Source: Malacoraja senta
Lineage: Eukaryota
Assembly: GCA_038087875.1 (NCBI GenBank)
Contig: CM075988.1
Coordinates: forward strand, 12,340,001-12,404,000
Reading direction: 5' to 3'
Length of the DNA stretch: 64,000 nt
Within the stretch, counting starts at the first letter, position 1. Every line of letters starts with the position of its first letter. The notes below the pieces were generated by a model. It ran no database searches, was not told the origin of the DNA, and saw only the letters and a list, made by a program, of their open reading frames with translations. Shown here piece after piece: positions 50,859 through 63,337 of the stretch. A program made the position numbers and the translations under genes.

Positions 50859-51907
50859 GCACATTAGTGGAGCAGAATACGATCGGAGCAATCTGAGATG
50901 GTGGTTCCTCACTGACCAAGCAGCTGTCTTGCAATGTACCTGCTGCCAAGTAGGCAACAGCCCAGCACAGTTAAAATGCACTCTCCATGTACTCCCTGTC
51001 ATGACAACCTGAAGGCAGTGCCATTAAAATAACCACGAATTGAAGCTCCTTGCATTCATGACACCATTGCATGGATGCTGCAATATTTGGTCAAGTCATT
51101 CCCTATACATTAAATTAATATGATTGCTGGGGATGGATGTCTTAAAAATAATCGAAACCAATCCCTGCACGGATACTTAAATCCCAACTTTCCGTGTGCT
51201 TTGCTCCTTGTTCTGTTGTGCAGGGGACGAAAGGTGATGGGTTGCAAGTGTTTAAGATAATTTCAGTCAGTAACTTTTAACTTGCATAGAACATAGAATA
51301 GGCCCTTCAACCTTTAACTTTTCAGTCTGAAGAAGGGCTCTGATCCAAAACATCACCTATTTGTTTTTTCCAGAGGTGCTGCCTGACCTGCTGAGTTACT
51401 CCAGCATGTTGTGTCTATCTTCAACACATAATGTTTGTGCTGGACAAGATAAACTACTCATCTGCCTGTGCATGATCCATATCCCTCCTTTCCCTGCTTG
51501 CTACTTAATGAATGATTATATATTAATATTTGTACATCAGTGAATTGTGCTGGGGATAGAATGCTTGCACTGGGAATGGAGGATAGGAACAGGGAATGAG
51601 GCAGGGTTCATAACTGTAAATTCACAGATCAATTTCCTGATCGATGGGATTTCTCAAAGATCGTGATACATTTCTTATTATTTTTAATATTTCATTTATA
51701 CATAAAAACATGCACATTTGTTTTTTGCTAATCTAATTTCAAGCAGTGTACTATGTTTACATATTCTGTTGTGCTGCTGCAAGTAAGAATTTCATTGTTC
51801 TATCTGGGACATATGACAATAAAACAAGCCTCTTGAAATTAGCCTCTTAACCCCTTGTGCACTGAAGCTAAATGGATCAAATAAACAATGTTCCATCTTC
51901 CGTACCA

Positions 51908-52535
51908 GGGGTGGCATAGTGGCGTAGCTAGTAGAGCCACTGCCTCACAGCGCCATGATTCCGGATTCAATCCTTAACTTGGGTGTTATCTGTGTGGAGT
52001 TTGCATGTTCTCCCTGTGACAACGTGGGTTTCTTCCATGTTTTATAAGGTCATAAGGAATAGTAGAATTAGGCCATTAGACCCACCAAGTCTACCCAGCC
52101 ATTCAATCAAGGCTGATCTATCTCTCCCTCCTAACCGCATTCTCCTGCCTTCTCCCCATAACCTCTGACACCTGTACTAATCAAGAATCCATCGATCTTT
52201 GCCTTAAAAATATCCACTGACTTGGCCGTTACAGCCTTCTGTGGCAAAAAATTCCACAGATTCACCACCCTCTCACTAAAAAAATGTCTCCTCATCTCCT
52301 TCATAAAAGAATGTCCTTTAATTCTGAGGCTGTGACCTCTAGTTCTAAACTCTCCCACTAACGGAAACATCCTCTTCCCACATCCCAAAGACGTGGGGGT
52401 TTGTTGGTTAATTGGCTTCTGTATGCCGGGAGTGGATAAGGAAGTGGGATAATAGACCTGGTGTGGACAGGCGATCGATGGTCAGCGTGGACTCGGTGGG
52501 CCGACGGGCCTGTTTCCATGCTGTATCTCTATACC
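51908..52535 (+). mobile_element. V-SINE interrupted by a CR1 3' fragment (about 52043-52375, minus)
   Basis: SINE head and V-domain start at 51908-52037 and resume with cccacatcccaaagac at about 52377; the CR1 part encodes MFPLVGEFRTRGHSLRIKG. Confidence 0.85.
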
Positions 52536-52766
52536 ATACAGGAGAACAAATGTAAATGTATTAATATCCTTCAACAAGGATAGTAATCTGGAATTTTAAA
52601 TAATTTAAAACTTGGAAAATGAAGATATCCGAGTGTCAGAATTGTTATGTTTCATGGACCATGATTGGTCTGCTTTGTATAAGAGTTTAGAATTTTATCT
52701 TTGTCACCTTCACAGTTTACTCATTAGCTTTGGAAATTGTCATCTTGCACTAACAATTGGAGATAG

Positions 52767-52984
52767 TGTAGCGGTCCGCGTCAGCATCGAACCCTGCGGT
52801 CGGAAGCCGCGCGCACGTGACTCTGGGAGGGGTCGGGTTTTCACGCGGTTTCTGGGCTCTGCCCGCCAGTCGTTCGAGGACCACCATTGTGGTCAGTTGT
52901 GTTGTATGACTCGTATAGTCGGAGAATTGCGATTATGAATAAATCCTTTTCAAAACCACCGATTGTCATTTTACATCCACTAAA
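52767..52984 (+). mobile_element. Short solo LTR (Gypsy-like)
   Basis: TGTAGCGG...CCACTAAA termini, AATAAA near 52938, and a 4-bp TSD atag at 52763-52766 and 52985-52988; it splits the agatag|acacaaaa end of a Penelope arm. Confidence 0.75.
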
Positions 52985-54469
52985 ATAGACACAAAAAACT
53001 GGAGTAACTCAGTAGGTCAGACTGACCCACTGGCCCACTAAGTTACTCCAGCTTTTCTGTCTATCTTCGGTTTAAACCAGCATCTGGAGTTCCTTCCTAC
53101 ACTAACGATTGTAGTTTGTGTTATGATCTTGCTGAACTGCTATTTCTTGAAATAAATTAATGTAGGGGCATTTTTTAGGTTTAATATTGTAATACTTAAC
53201 CAGTTCAAAGCTTGTATCTTGTCAATTAAAAAGTGTTTTCCATTCTTAACCATCAGTAATTAAGTCCCTGCAGAATCTTAATGCAACTCAGCTATGTTAA
53301 GGTGATGGGCTCTGGAAGGAATCTGTCAAACCGTGTTTCATTAGACAAGTGTGAGATATCTGCATTTCTAAATCCTGTATTAGTTTTGTAGGAATTATTT
53401 TAAAAATCTCAAGTGTAATATGTGTTGAAAAAGTCATCAATTGTGCATCAACTGGAGAAGTTAATTTCTTAAATGAATAAGATGATCTTATTTTGAAGCA
53501 ATTGCTGCCTTCAGTTGTGGTCGCTCTGAATTGTTAGGCAGATTCAGTTCTTACCTTGTCATAATACTCCATTTTTGCACTAGCATCCATTATATGCTTT
53601 CAAAGAGGTTAGTATCACACACTGCAATGCAGAATTAAGCCATTCGGCCCATCAAGTCTACTCCGACATGGCTCCACCATAGATCATGGCTGATCTACCT
53701 CTCCCTCCTAACGCCATTCTCCTGCCTTCTCCCCTGACACCCGTACTAAGCAAGAATCTATCTATCTCTGCCTTAAACATGAAACAATGCAACATGGAAT
53801 TTTCTCACCCGGGTGCATCTACAATTGCCCTCATACATGTCGTCCAACCTACGAATGGGTCAGGAATGAGTAGGTACAATCGTCCGTACCTTTTCGTAAA
53901 TTAATCGCATTACACAGCACAGAACCGGGCTCTTCAGCCCAACTCGTCCACGCTGACCAAGATTCCTCTCTGTGCAAACCCCATTTGTCTGCCGTGCGCT
54001 AAAGGTTTATACATCCTCCGAATCGGATGAAGGATCCTCAGACAGGGATTCAAATCTTGCCGTGGGGAACTTAAACTTAACTGATTGGATTTCCAGATTA
54101 ATTGCCCTTTAATCCTACAGCAAGATGCAAGAATAATTTTTATTGATGAATTTTTATTAAAGTACTCCACTCCCCTGGTCCAGAAAGGAAACATGTTATG
54201 AATCTCTTTCTTTAATGCACTAGATCATTGCTGGAGTTTTCATTTTATTCATATGTGGGATGTGGACATTGTGAACAGGCCAGCTTTCGTTGAACATTCC
54301 AAATATTCCTTCAGAAGGTGATCATGACCTGAGTTACTGGCAACTGATTAGCTTGTTGGTCCATCTTCAGAGATTAATTGCAGGCCTGGAAGTCAGATCA
54401 CATCAGTGTTCTTGAGTCACGTAGTTAGGTCGGTAAGGATAGTGATTTTTCTTCCTCTAAGGACACAAG

Positions 54470-54810
54470 TACATAGAACAGTACAACACAAGATCATGCC
54501 CTTCAGCCCACAATGTCTGTGCCAAACGCAAGACCATCACTTATCAACTTGCAAATAACCCATATCCCTCCATTCCTTCCCACCCATATGCCTATCTAAA
54601 AGTCTTTTAAATGCCACTAATGTATCTACTTCAACTACCACCACAGGTTCTGGGAACTACTACCCTCTGCGTTAAAAAAAAAACTTGCCCCGTACATTTT
54701 TAAACTTTACCCGTCTCATTTTGAAACTATGCCCTCTAGTATTTTTTTTCCATCCTGGCTGAAAGGATTCTGATTGTCCACCATAACTATGCCTCGCATA
54801 ATTTTATACA
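54470..54810 (-). mobile_element. CR1 LINE 3' fragment
   Basis: acatagaacagtacaac tail and aaactatgccctctagt (reverse complement of TRGHS). Confidence 0.75.
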
Positions 54811-55320
54811 CTCATAAGTAAACCTGATTTTTTTTGGCGATAAACTTCTGAGTTAATGATTACTTCTACTCTCTTTATATTTAATTATTGTGCTTTAGAT
54901 TCAAAACTGCTGCAGTGGTTTGAAACCTTTTTTCTCTGGATCCAGGTCTGTGGATTAGTAGGCCATACGTGTACTTCCAGAGACTTGTGAAAATATAATT
55001 TGTTGATAGGAAGCTTGCAGAAAAAATTGTAAAAGGGTACATGTCCTGAGGTGAGCACTCCAATAAGAGCTGACCTTGGAGTTACCTCTATGAGTGTGTG
55101 TACATATTTGAATGCCACACAACAGAATCATCTTGTTTTTTTCATGATTGATATTTCACTGGAGGAGTGAAAAAGAAACTACATTTAAATAAGAGTATTA
55201 CGGAATCAGGTTGACTCATAAACGAACCATAGCTTGATGGCCCCAAAATGGCAATGGAACATGGCAACTCTTGAGGTACTGGTCCAAAAGGAGATTCTTC
55301 TATCATCCATTAAATCATTC

Positions 55321-55830
55321 TGTAGCGGCAGATTATCATATCTTTCAGGAAATTAGCACCCTAGCCGTAAATGGATGAGAAAGGTTGAAGGGGGTGTCTT
55401 CGAAACGCATGCGAGCTCACTCACAGAACCTTCAGAGCTTCTTCACAGATATGGCTTCAAAAGAGTCTTTTGATGAATAAATGCTTTATTGTTGCTAGAA
55501 AACTAAGATACATCCAAATTTCTTCCGACTCGTTACTACAATCTTCATCGAACTCCAGCTTATTACTTTAAACATTAGAAAACTCCTCGTGTCTCTGTTA
55601 CACTGGAATTATCTCCTTTAGATCTCACATGGACCCCGCATGGTCGAAGGGTTAACCTTTCCCATCGTCTCTCCAAACTAATCTAAAAACTAAATTTCTG
55701 CACAAGCATCTAAGCTCCAAACACGCCCCAAAACACGCCATAAATCCCACCCACAATATAACGGGCAGTCTAAAATTTAAAGGCACATGCCATCATCAAT
55801 GACATGCAAAACAGGCCAATGGCCACTACA
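55321..55830. mobile_element. Solo LTR (510 bp)
   Basis: Termini TGTAGCGGC...GCCACTACA; 5-bp TSD cattc/cactc (one mismatch) at 55316-55320 and 55831-55835. AATAAA occurs on both strands near 55476-55490, so orientation is uncertain. Confidence 0.8.
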
Positions 55831-56164
55831 CACTCCACTCTTTCACATCTTTTTGCTCTACTTTTAGAACTTGAGTTTGGCTTGCTTGTATTTACATAGT
55901 ATAATACTTACATTACCTATAAACAATATAAGTATTTACTTATAGTATAATATACATAATATATATAGTATAATATATATATATATTAGGATAATATAGT
56001 ACACTTTGGGGCCATTGAGCTATATTTGCTTTGCAAGTCAACCTGATTCGATAGCATGCAAAACAAAGCTTTTCACTGTACCTCAGTGCACAGGACAAAA
56101 ATAAACCTCAAACTAACTCATCTGTGTTAAGCTGCTTTATATTTATCAACATAATGTTGCCAGA

Positions 56165-56536
56165 CTTCAGGGTGAATGAGAGACTGCTTTTTTGAGATTT
56201 CACCACCCAATCAGCTTGGAAAAAGGAATGGGAGTCCAAGGACGTCCCAAATAAACATCTGGTGTCAGACCCAACCCTGGCACCAATCTCCCAAGGAAGC
56301 AGTGGACGACACTGAATAGATTCAAGACTGGACATGGCCCCTGCTTGGCCAGCCTTCACAAATGGGGCAGCAGCCCAACCCCACGGTGTGCTTGTGGAGA
56401 GCAGCAAACAATGCAACACATCATTGAAGCATGCCCTCAAAAAAGACTTAAAGGAGGACTTGTCACCCTTCATACAGCAGATCAAGAGGCAACTGCTTGG
56501 CTAAAGGACTTTGCATTCGCTAAATAAAATAAAAAT
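56165..56536 (+). mobile_element. Vingi/Ingi-like LINE 3' fragment
   Basis: Encodes LPRKQWTTLNRFKTGHGPCLASLHKWG...CACGEQQTMQHIIEACP (CCHC knuckle); stop at 56525-56527 within a (taaaa)n tail. Confidence 0.75.
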
Positions 56537-57481
56537 TTGAGATCCCAAGGCAACTGTATTTTATTAAATTCAAGCATTGATATTATTTGTGATAAAAGTG
56601 ATGGTGGAAGAAATAATAGCTCACTTGGTTGCTGTCTTTACATATCTAGTGCAACAATGTGTGCAAATCTGATCAAGATAAGCCATATAATGGCATATGG
56701 GAGTCTTTCTGCTCTATTGGACACATTAAATGCATGCAGTTCTTGGAAAATAGCAAAAGACTATGTAAAAATAAATTTAGCATTCAGACTAGGATAGGTA
56801 TAGAATTGTAGTCTGAATTTGAGATTATTCAGTATTACAGTTGACAAAGCAAATTATAAGGCTGTATTGACATTGTGTCTTTTCTTCATGACTGAGATAA
56901 GATTGGTTTTACTTGAAATGCTAAACTGCATTTTTAAATAATAATCATCTGTAGTCATCTGGAATACGTTATGCTACATAATTCTGAATGTGGTTTAAGA
57001 ATAATGCTTGTGTTTACGTAACACATTGAATTTAATTTTTATGCATAGGAGATTTAATGGAACTTGAGAAATGGTCACTACATTTTCACATGGAAATGGT
57101 TCATTTGATATTGGCATTTTAGCTTTAAAAAAATATCAGACATTATTATTATTTTTATGAACTGTGATGGATCTTCGTCTGTTGGATATAAAACTGTCCA
57201 GAATATCAGAGCCAAATGCTCAGATTAATTGGAGCATTGCTAGATTCTTAGATTGTGCCCATTTGGGAAAGCTCATCTCTGACCCGCAGACCCTCAGCAT
57301 AGGAGCACCGCAAGGCTGCGTACTCTCCCCTCTCCTTTACTCTTTCTACACCAACGACTGCACCTACACAGACTCCTCTGTCAAGCTTCTCAAGTTTGCG
57401 GACGACACAACCCTGATTAGACTGAAGTGACACAGCTGGCTTCCTGGTGCCATTGCAACAACCTGGAGCTCAATGCTCTTA

Positions 57482-58727
57482 CATAGATACATAGATACAT
57501 AGAAAATAGGTGCAGGAGTAGGCCATTCGGCCCTTCGAGCCTGCACCGCCATTCAATATGATCATGGCTGATCATCCAACTCAGTATCCCGTACCTGCCT
57601 TCTCTCCATACCCCCTGATCCCTTTAGCCACAAGGGCCACATCTAACTCCCTCTTAAATATAGCCAATGAACTGGCATCAACTACCCTCTGTGGCAGAGA
57701 GTTCCAGAGATTCACCACTCTCTGTGTGAAAAAGTTTTTCCTCATCTCGGTCTTAAAGGATTTCCCCCTTATCCTTAAGCTGTGACCCCTTGTCCTGGAC
57801 TTCCCCAACATCGGGAACAATCTTGCTGCATCTAGCCTGTCCAACCCCATAAGAATTTTGTACGTTTCTATAAGATCCCCTCTCAATCTCCTAAATTCTA
57901 GCGAGTATAAGCCAAGTCTATCCAGTCTTTCTTCATATGAAAGTCCTGACATCCCAGGAATCAGTCTGGTGAACCTTCTCTGCACTCCCTCTATGGCTAT
58001 AATGTCCTTCCTCAGATTTGGAGACCAAAACTGTACGCAATACTCCAGGTGTGGTCTCACCAAGACCCTGTACAACTGCAGTAGAACCTCCCTGCTCCTA
58101 TACTCAAATCCTCTTGCTATGAAGGCCAACATACCATTCGCTTTCTTCACTGCCTGCTGCACCTGCATGCCTACTTTCAATGACTGGTGTACCATGACTC
58201 CCAGGTCTCGCTGCACCTCCCCATTTCCTAATCGGCCACCATTTAGATAATAGTCTGCCTTCCCGTTTTTGCCACCAAAGTGGATAACCTCACATTTATC
58301 CACATTATACTGCATCTGCCAAAAATTTGCCCACTCCCCCAGCCTATCCAAGTCACCTTGCAGTCTCCTAGCATCCTCCTCACAGCTAACACTGCCCCCC
58401 AGCTTAGTGTCATCCGCAAACTTTGAGATGTTGCTTTCAATTCCCTCGTCCAGATCATTAATATAAATTGTAAATAGCTGGGGTCCCAGCACTGAGCCTT
58501 GCGGTACCCCACTAGTCACTGCCTGCCATTGTGAAAAGGACCCGTTTACTCCTACTCTTTGCTTCCTGTTTGCCAGCCAGTTCTCTATCCACATCAATAC
58601 TGAACCCCCAATACCGTGTGATTTAAGCTTGTATCCTAATCTCTTATGTGGTACCTTGTCGAAAGCCTTCTGAAAGTCCAGATACAACACATCCACTGGT
58701 TCTCCCCTATCCACTCTACTAGTTACA
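57482..58727 (-). mobile_element. Young 5'-truncated CR1 LINE insertion
   Basis: (catagata)n tail at 57482; tctta duplicated at 57477-57481 and 58728-58732. Confidence 0.95.
57581..58714 (-). CDS. CR1 ORF2 reverse transcriptase, C-terminal 377 aa (partial, transposon-encoded)
   Basis: Uninterrupted frame with YLDFQKAFDKVPH, GVPQGSVLGP, FADDTK and RPHLEYCVQFWSP, running to the natural stop; lacks the endonuclease and the RT N-terminus. Confidence 0.9.
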   Translation of the reverse strand: MDRGEPVDVLYLDFQKAFDKVPHKRLGYKLKSHGIGGSVLMWIENWLANRKQRVGVNGSFSQWQAVTSGVPQGSVLGPQLFTIYINDLDEGIESNISKFADDTKLGGSVSCEEDARRLQGDLDRLGEWANFWQMQYNVDKCEVIHFGGKNGKADYYLNGGRLGNGEVQRDLGVMVHQSLKVGMQVQQAVKKANGMLAFIARGFEYRSREVLLQLYRVLVRPHLEYCVQFWSPNLRKDIIAIEGVQRRFTRLIPGMSGLSYEERLDRLGLYSLEFRRLRGDLIETYKILMGLDRLDAARLFPMLGKSRTRGHSLRIRGKSFKTEMRKNFFTQRVVNLWNSLPQRVVDASSLAIFKRELDVALVAKGIRGYGEKAGTGY

Positions 58728-58979
58728 TCTTAAGACGGTGGAATTGATTGTAGACTTTAGGAGAGCTCCCCCTCCCCTCCTCCCACTCACTATCAACAAT
58801 ACCACAGTCACATCTGTGGAGTCATTTAACTTCCTTGGAACAATCATCTCCAGGGACCTTAAATGGGCGGGCACCATCGAATCTACAGTCAAAAAGGGCC
58901 AACAGAGAATGTACTTCCTGCGGCAGCTGAGAAAACACAATCTGCCACCGGCATTGATGGTCCAGTTTTATACTGCCAT

Positions 58980-59406
58980 TGATAATTGCTCGTTTCTGAG
59001 CATCCCCCCAGTCTGGTTTCAGTAAAAACACTGAATCAAGCACTTGAATTAACTACGTTTTATTTTACCAAAAGCTCTCAGACTCTCAGACAAGGCTCAA
59101 CACCCCATCCAATAAACATCCAGCAGAGTCAGATTCTGCAACATTATTTACAAGCTATTTACAAAATGTATATCTAGTTTGCAGCCGCCCAATCCATTTT
59201 ATGCATTTGGTATCAGATTGGCAAGGCTTACAAGGCTTCCTATTCTTTGCATATGAATTGTATCTAAGTTCCAGTCTCTCTGGCACCTCTCGCACCTTGT
59301 CCCAGCTCTGCAGAGAGCAATCCCAATTTGACCAAATCTCCCAGCAAGCCCTGACACTTAACCCCATTTTGAAGTCATGACTGGTCCAATTTAGCCAGGA
59401 TTAAAA
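58980..59406 (-). mobile_element. Internally deleted solo LTR related to 12076-13430
   Basis: 4-bp TSD ccat at 58976-58979 and 59407-59410; ends tgataattgctcg and tccaatttagccaggattaaaa match those of the 12-kb copy. Confidence 0.75.
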
Positions 59407-62271
59407 CCATCATAGTGTGTCCTCACCTTCTCCATTGTGGTCTGGTTTGGCTCAGCCACCAAGCATGACATCTGAAGGCTGCAGCGCATCATTTGATCAG
59501 CCGATAAGGTTGTTGGATTCAACGTTCCCCCCATCGATGAACTGAACACTGCAAGGGCCAGGAAGAGAGCAGGTAAGATCATCTTTGACCCCTCTCACCC
59601 TGGCCACAAACTCTTTGAAGCACTTCCCTCTGGAAGGCGACTCCAGACTGTCAAAGCCGCCACAGCCAGACATAAAAACAGCTTTTTTCCACGAGCAGTA
59701 GCTCTACTCAACAGCCAAAAGTCTGTAGCGTCATTGTGCTCTGGTATTTTATTTAATTCTTCACATGATTAAATTATAATGTTTTATTTTTAATTGTCTA
59801 CTGTATATCGTGTTGTTACTTGCGAGCAAAGCACCAAGGCAAATTCCTTGTATGTATACATACTTGGCTAATAAAATGTATTCAATTCAATTCAATCCAA
59901 TTCAATTAAAATCCCCCAATTGTAGGAACTGAGGTGCAATTTATGTAATTTATCTTGTTGAAATATTTACATTGAAATCTTTGGACGTAATCATTCCACC
60001 ATCAAGAAAGGACACAGAAAGCTGGAGAAACTCAGTGAGACAGGCAACATTTCGGGTTGGGACCATTCTTCAGTCATCTATTCATTTTCTCCAGAGATGC
60101 TGCCTAACCTGCTGCGTTACTCCAGCACTTTGTGTCCCTTTTTGTAAACTGGAATCTGCAGTGCTTTGTTTCTACATTCAACCATCAATTCTACTTTTCT
60201 TGGGATCTCAAAATACCTGTTTCTTATTCATTTGGACATCTGGTAACATGGCTCTATAAAATGTAACAGTTTAGCATGAGCAAATTCAAGTTAACTGCAC
60301 ATGCTCTTTGGTGCTGTTCACAACTTAAGATAGACACAAAAAGCTGTAGTAACTCAGCGGGACAGGCAGCATCTCTGCAGAGAAGGAATGGGTAACGTTT
60401 TGGGTCGAGACCCTATGAAGGCCAACATTTCCTCTTGTGTTTAATTATCTGAGCGTTTTGTTACTTTTTACGTTCTGGGAACCTTTTCTTCCCCCCCCCC
60501 ACCCCCCCTCCCCTCTCTCAGATTTAATATATTCCACAATAACCAGAGGGACTCATTAAGCAGTGGAGATTCATCTCATCTCTGTTGTCTCGACTGCGTA
60601 GAGAGTAATGAGCTGTTAAAATATTCAGCAGCATAAATATTAAGAAGAATCAGAAAACTTGTAAAGATTAATATGTTTAACACATTAATAAGTGTTTCAT
60701 TAGAGATGTCGTGGTCTTTTACAGACTATGTGAACTTTTGGGACCTGAAAATATAATTATAAAGAACAGGAACAAGGGCAGAACTGTTTCACTTAGTAGT
60801 TGGACATTGCACAGTCAGTAGGCGTAAGTGTAACATGGCATCAGATTAGTCTTACTGGAATAGAGGATGCAACAAGGGAATTTTGTTACCTGTTTTGTAA
60901 GCTTAAGTAGGTTTCATTTGATAAATTATCTCTGATCAGTTGAACAGAGGCACTGGAATTATGACCTTGAATCTTGTCAATAACTTCTGGTAATCTAAAT
61001 TTAAATCATGTTCAAGTTACATGGAGTTGCATCTCTTACAAGGAGGAGTTCCGGAGATAATGAGTTCTTGGCATTTAATTAGTTTGCAATGGTTATATAA
61101 TCAAAACAACAATGGTGCATTCGAGCTCTCTTCATTTTGATGTTTAGTTGGGAAGGCAAAGATGATACACAAAATGATTTTTTTTTGTGTGTCTATTTTG
61201 TTTTAACACAAAATCCCTCATCCCGTAATCTTGTGGCACATTTCAATGGAGGCTACAACTGCAGGACTCCCACCAAATCACCCCCTGCTCTGGTAGAGGG
61301 GTGTGTGTGGCTGTGTGTGTGTAGTGGTTCACCAGTGATGCCCACTCTGGTCTTCTCTTCATTTATTAGTATTCTAGTATACAAAAGACTCAACATTGAC
61401 CCTGTAGGTCCACCTTCATAGTTCTGTATCATGGTGAACAACAACAGCAATACAATTATGAGACAAGCTGAAAGGGGACATGTTTCTATGTTTTAACAAT
61501 GAAGACTGAGCAACAGTTGCATAGTGATTGAGGGTGAGAACCAGTGCTGCCACACGATTAGGCCTGAAACAATGCTGCATTAAGAGTGTACAACAGTCCT
61601 CTCCATAAGGTAGACACAAAATGCTGGAGTAACTCAGTGGGACAGTTCCTCCAGCATTTTGTGTCTACCTTCGATTTAAACCAGCATCTGCAGTTCTTTC
61701 GTACACATTACTTTCCATAACATGGAAGCTTCAGAAGTGGACAATGCAAGTAAAATTGTTTAGTGCGTTATAATCTGCTCTTGCTCCATGATGGTCTTTC
61801 TCCATTGCGGAGCTGCTGGCTATGATTCCCACCCACTCCCCTCTCCCCATACTGTCATTGAAATTGGGATTGCAAATGTAATAGTACCGTGATTAATACT
61901 GCTGCTCAGACAAAACCAAGCTAAACGTTTCTTGGTTACAAATATCTCACCTGAAAATAAATAAGTAAATAAATAAATGTGATCAATTGGCATGATGGGC
62001 CTTTTGACTGAGTGGAAACAGACATTTTTTCTACATTAAGAAACAAGAATAGTAAAGACATTTTGAAACAATACAGAAGTTGGATGTATGCTAGCATGAC
62101 ATCCCATGACAAACTGAGATCAAGCAGGTTCAAATTATTTCCTTGGGCTACAAAATGCTAGATTATTTCCTCTGATGACACTGAGCTTGCCAATTATGAG
62201 TTACCCAGTCAGATTTAATTTAGGTGATATTTATCAGACTGCGGTCTCGAGGAACATATACCAAGCATTAG

Positions 62272-62890
62272 ATAGATACAAAATGCTGGAGAAATTCAGC
62301 GGGACAGGCAGCATCTCGGGATAGGAATGGATGACGTTTCGGATCGAGACCCTTGTTCAGACTGAGTCAGGGAAGAGGGAGAAACAGAGATAAGGAAGTG
62401 TAAGGTATGAAAATGTGCCAAAGGGGATGGAGAATAAGGAAAATGTAGATTAGGTCATTGTTAGATGGATTAATGGGAGGTGGTCTGGGAAGGATGCTCC
62501 TCAAACTGCAGAGCATCCTGGACAATACAGCTCACCCCTCCATGACACATTGGTCAACCTGAAAATTACCTTCAGCAACAGACTGGTTCCACCAAGATGC
62601 AGGACAGAACACCACATGAGATCCTTCTTCCCTGTGGCTATCAAACTGTACTACTCCTCCCTCTTCTGTCATGGGGTAGACTGCTTCCCCTCCCCTCCCC
62701 TCCCCAATCTTTGCACATCCCCAATCCTTTCCACTCATCAATTTAATTAATTTTATGTTCCATGTATTTTGTGTTTTTAGCAGCTGGGATGAATAAAATT
62801 CTATCATATCGCATCGTATTGTTAGTTAGGAGAAGGTAACAATCAACCAAACAGAGATAAAGTGTAATCAAGGACAGTCAGACTGGTCGG
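62272..62890 (-). mobile_element. Penelope-like 3' fragment interrupted by a LINE
   Basis: Terminal arm ...gacgtttcggatcgagacccttgttcagact plus G-rich UTR; resumes after 62825. Confidence 0.7.
62465..62817 (+). mobile_element. Rex/Babar-like LINE 3' end with TSD
   Basis: Encodes FSNRLVPPRCRTEHHMRSFFPVAIKLY; (tatcg)n-like tail; 8-bp TSD attgttag at 62457-62464 and 62818-62825. Confidence 0.8.
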
Positions 62891-63023
62891 ACTGCTCTTA
62901 ACCAGCTTTTTCTTGATGATATGATCATAGAGAAATGCTCCTCGGCAATGTAGTAAATTGGTCAATGGTATTAGTATTGGCTTATTGTTGCCATGTGTGA
63001 TGAGATACAGTGAACAACTATTT

Positions 63024-63337
63024 GGGCAGCACAGTGGCGCAGCAGTGGAGTTGCTGCATTACTGGGCCTGAGATCCGGGTTTTGATACGGACTATGAGTG
63101 ATTGTCTGCACGGAGGTTGTACATTCTCCCCATGACCTGTGTGGGTTTTCTCCGGGTACTCCGCTATCCTCCCACACTCCAAAGACGTACAGATTTGTAG
63201 GTTGATCAGCTTGGTATAATTGTAAATTGTCCCTAGTTTGTGTCAGATAGCGTTAGTGTGCGGGGATCGCTAGTCAGTGCAGACTCGGTGGGCTAAAGGG
63301 CCTGTTATTTGTGCTGCATCTCTAAACTAAGCTAACT
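63024..63337 (+). mobile_element. Full-length V-SINE (HE1-like)
   Basis: Head gggcagcacagtggcgcagcagtgg (A box-like), V-domain gggttttctccgggtactccg and CR1-like tail. Confidence 0.9.

Larger units (their letters stand above)
57255..59906 (+). mobile_element. 5'-truncated Rex1/Babar-type LINE split by two nested insertions
   Basis: Encodes LSIGAPQGCVLSPLLYSFYTNDC...KFADDTT, then LELNALK|TVELIVDFRR, QQRMYFLRQLRK and LPSGRRLQTVK...SFFP; ends in an (attca)n tail. Confidence 0.92.

Noticed and set aside
57858..58512. ORFs 57858-58250 (+), 58269-58466 (+) and 58243-58512 (-)
   Set aside because: Antisense or alternate-frame shadows of the CR1 RT frame.
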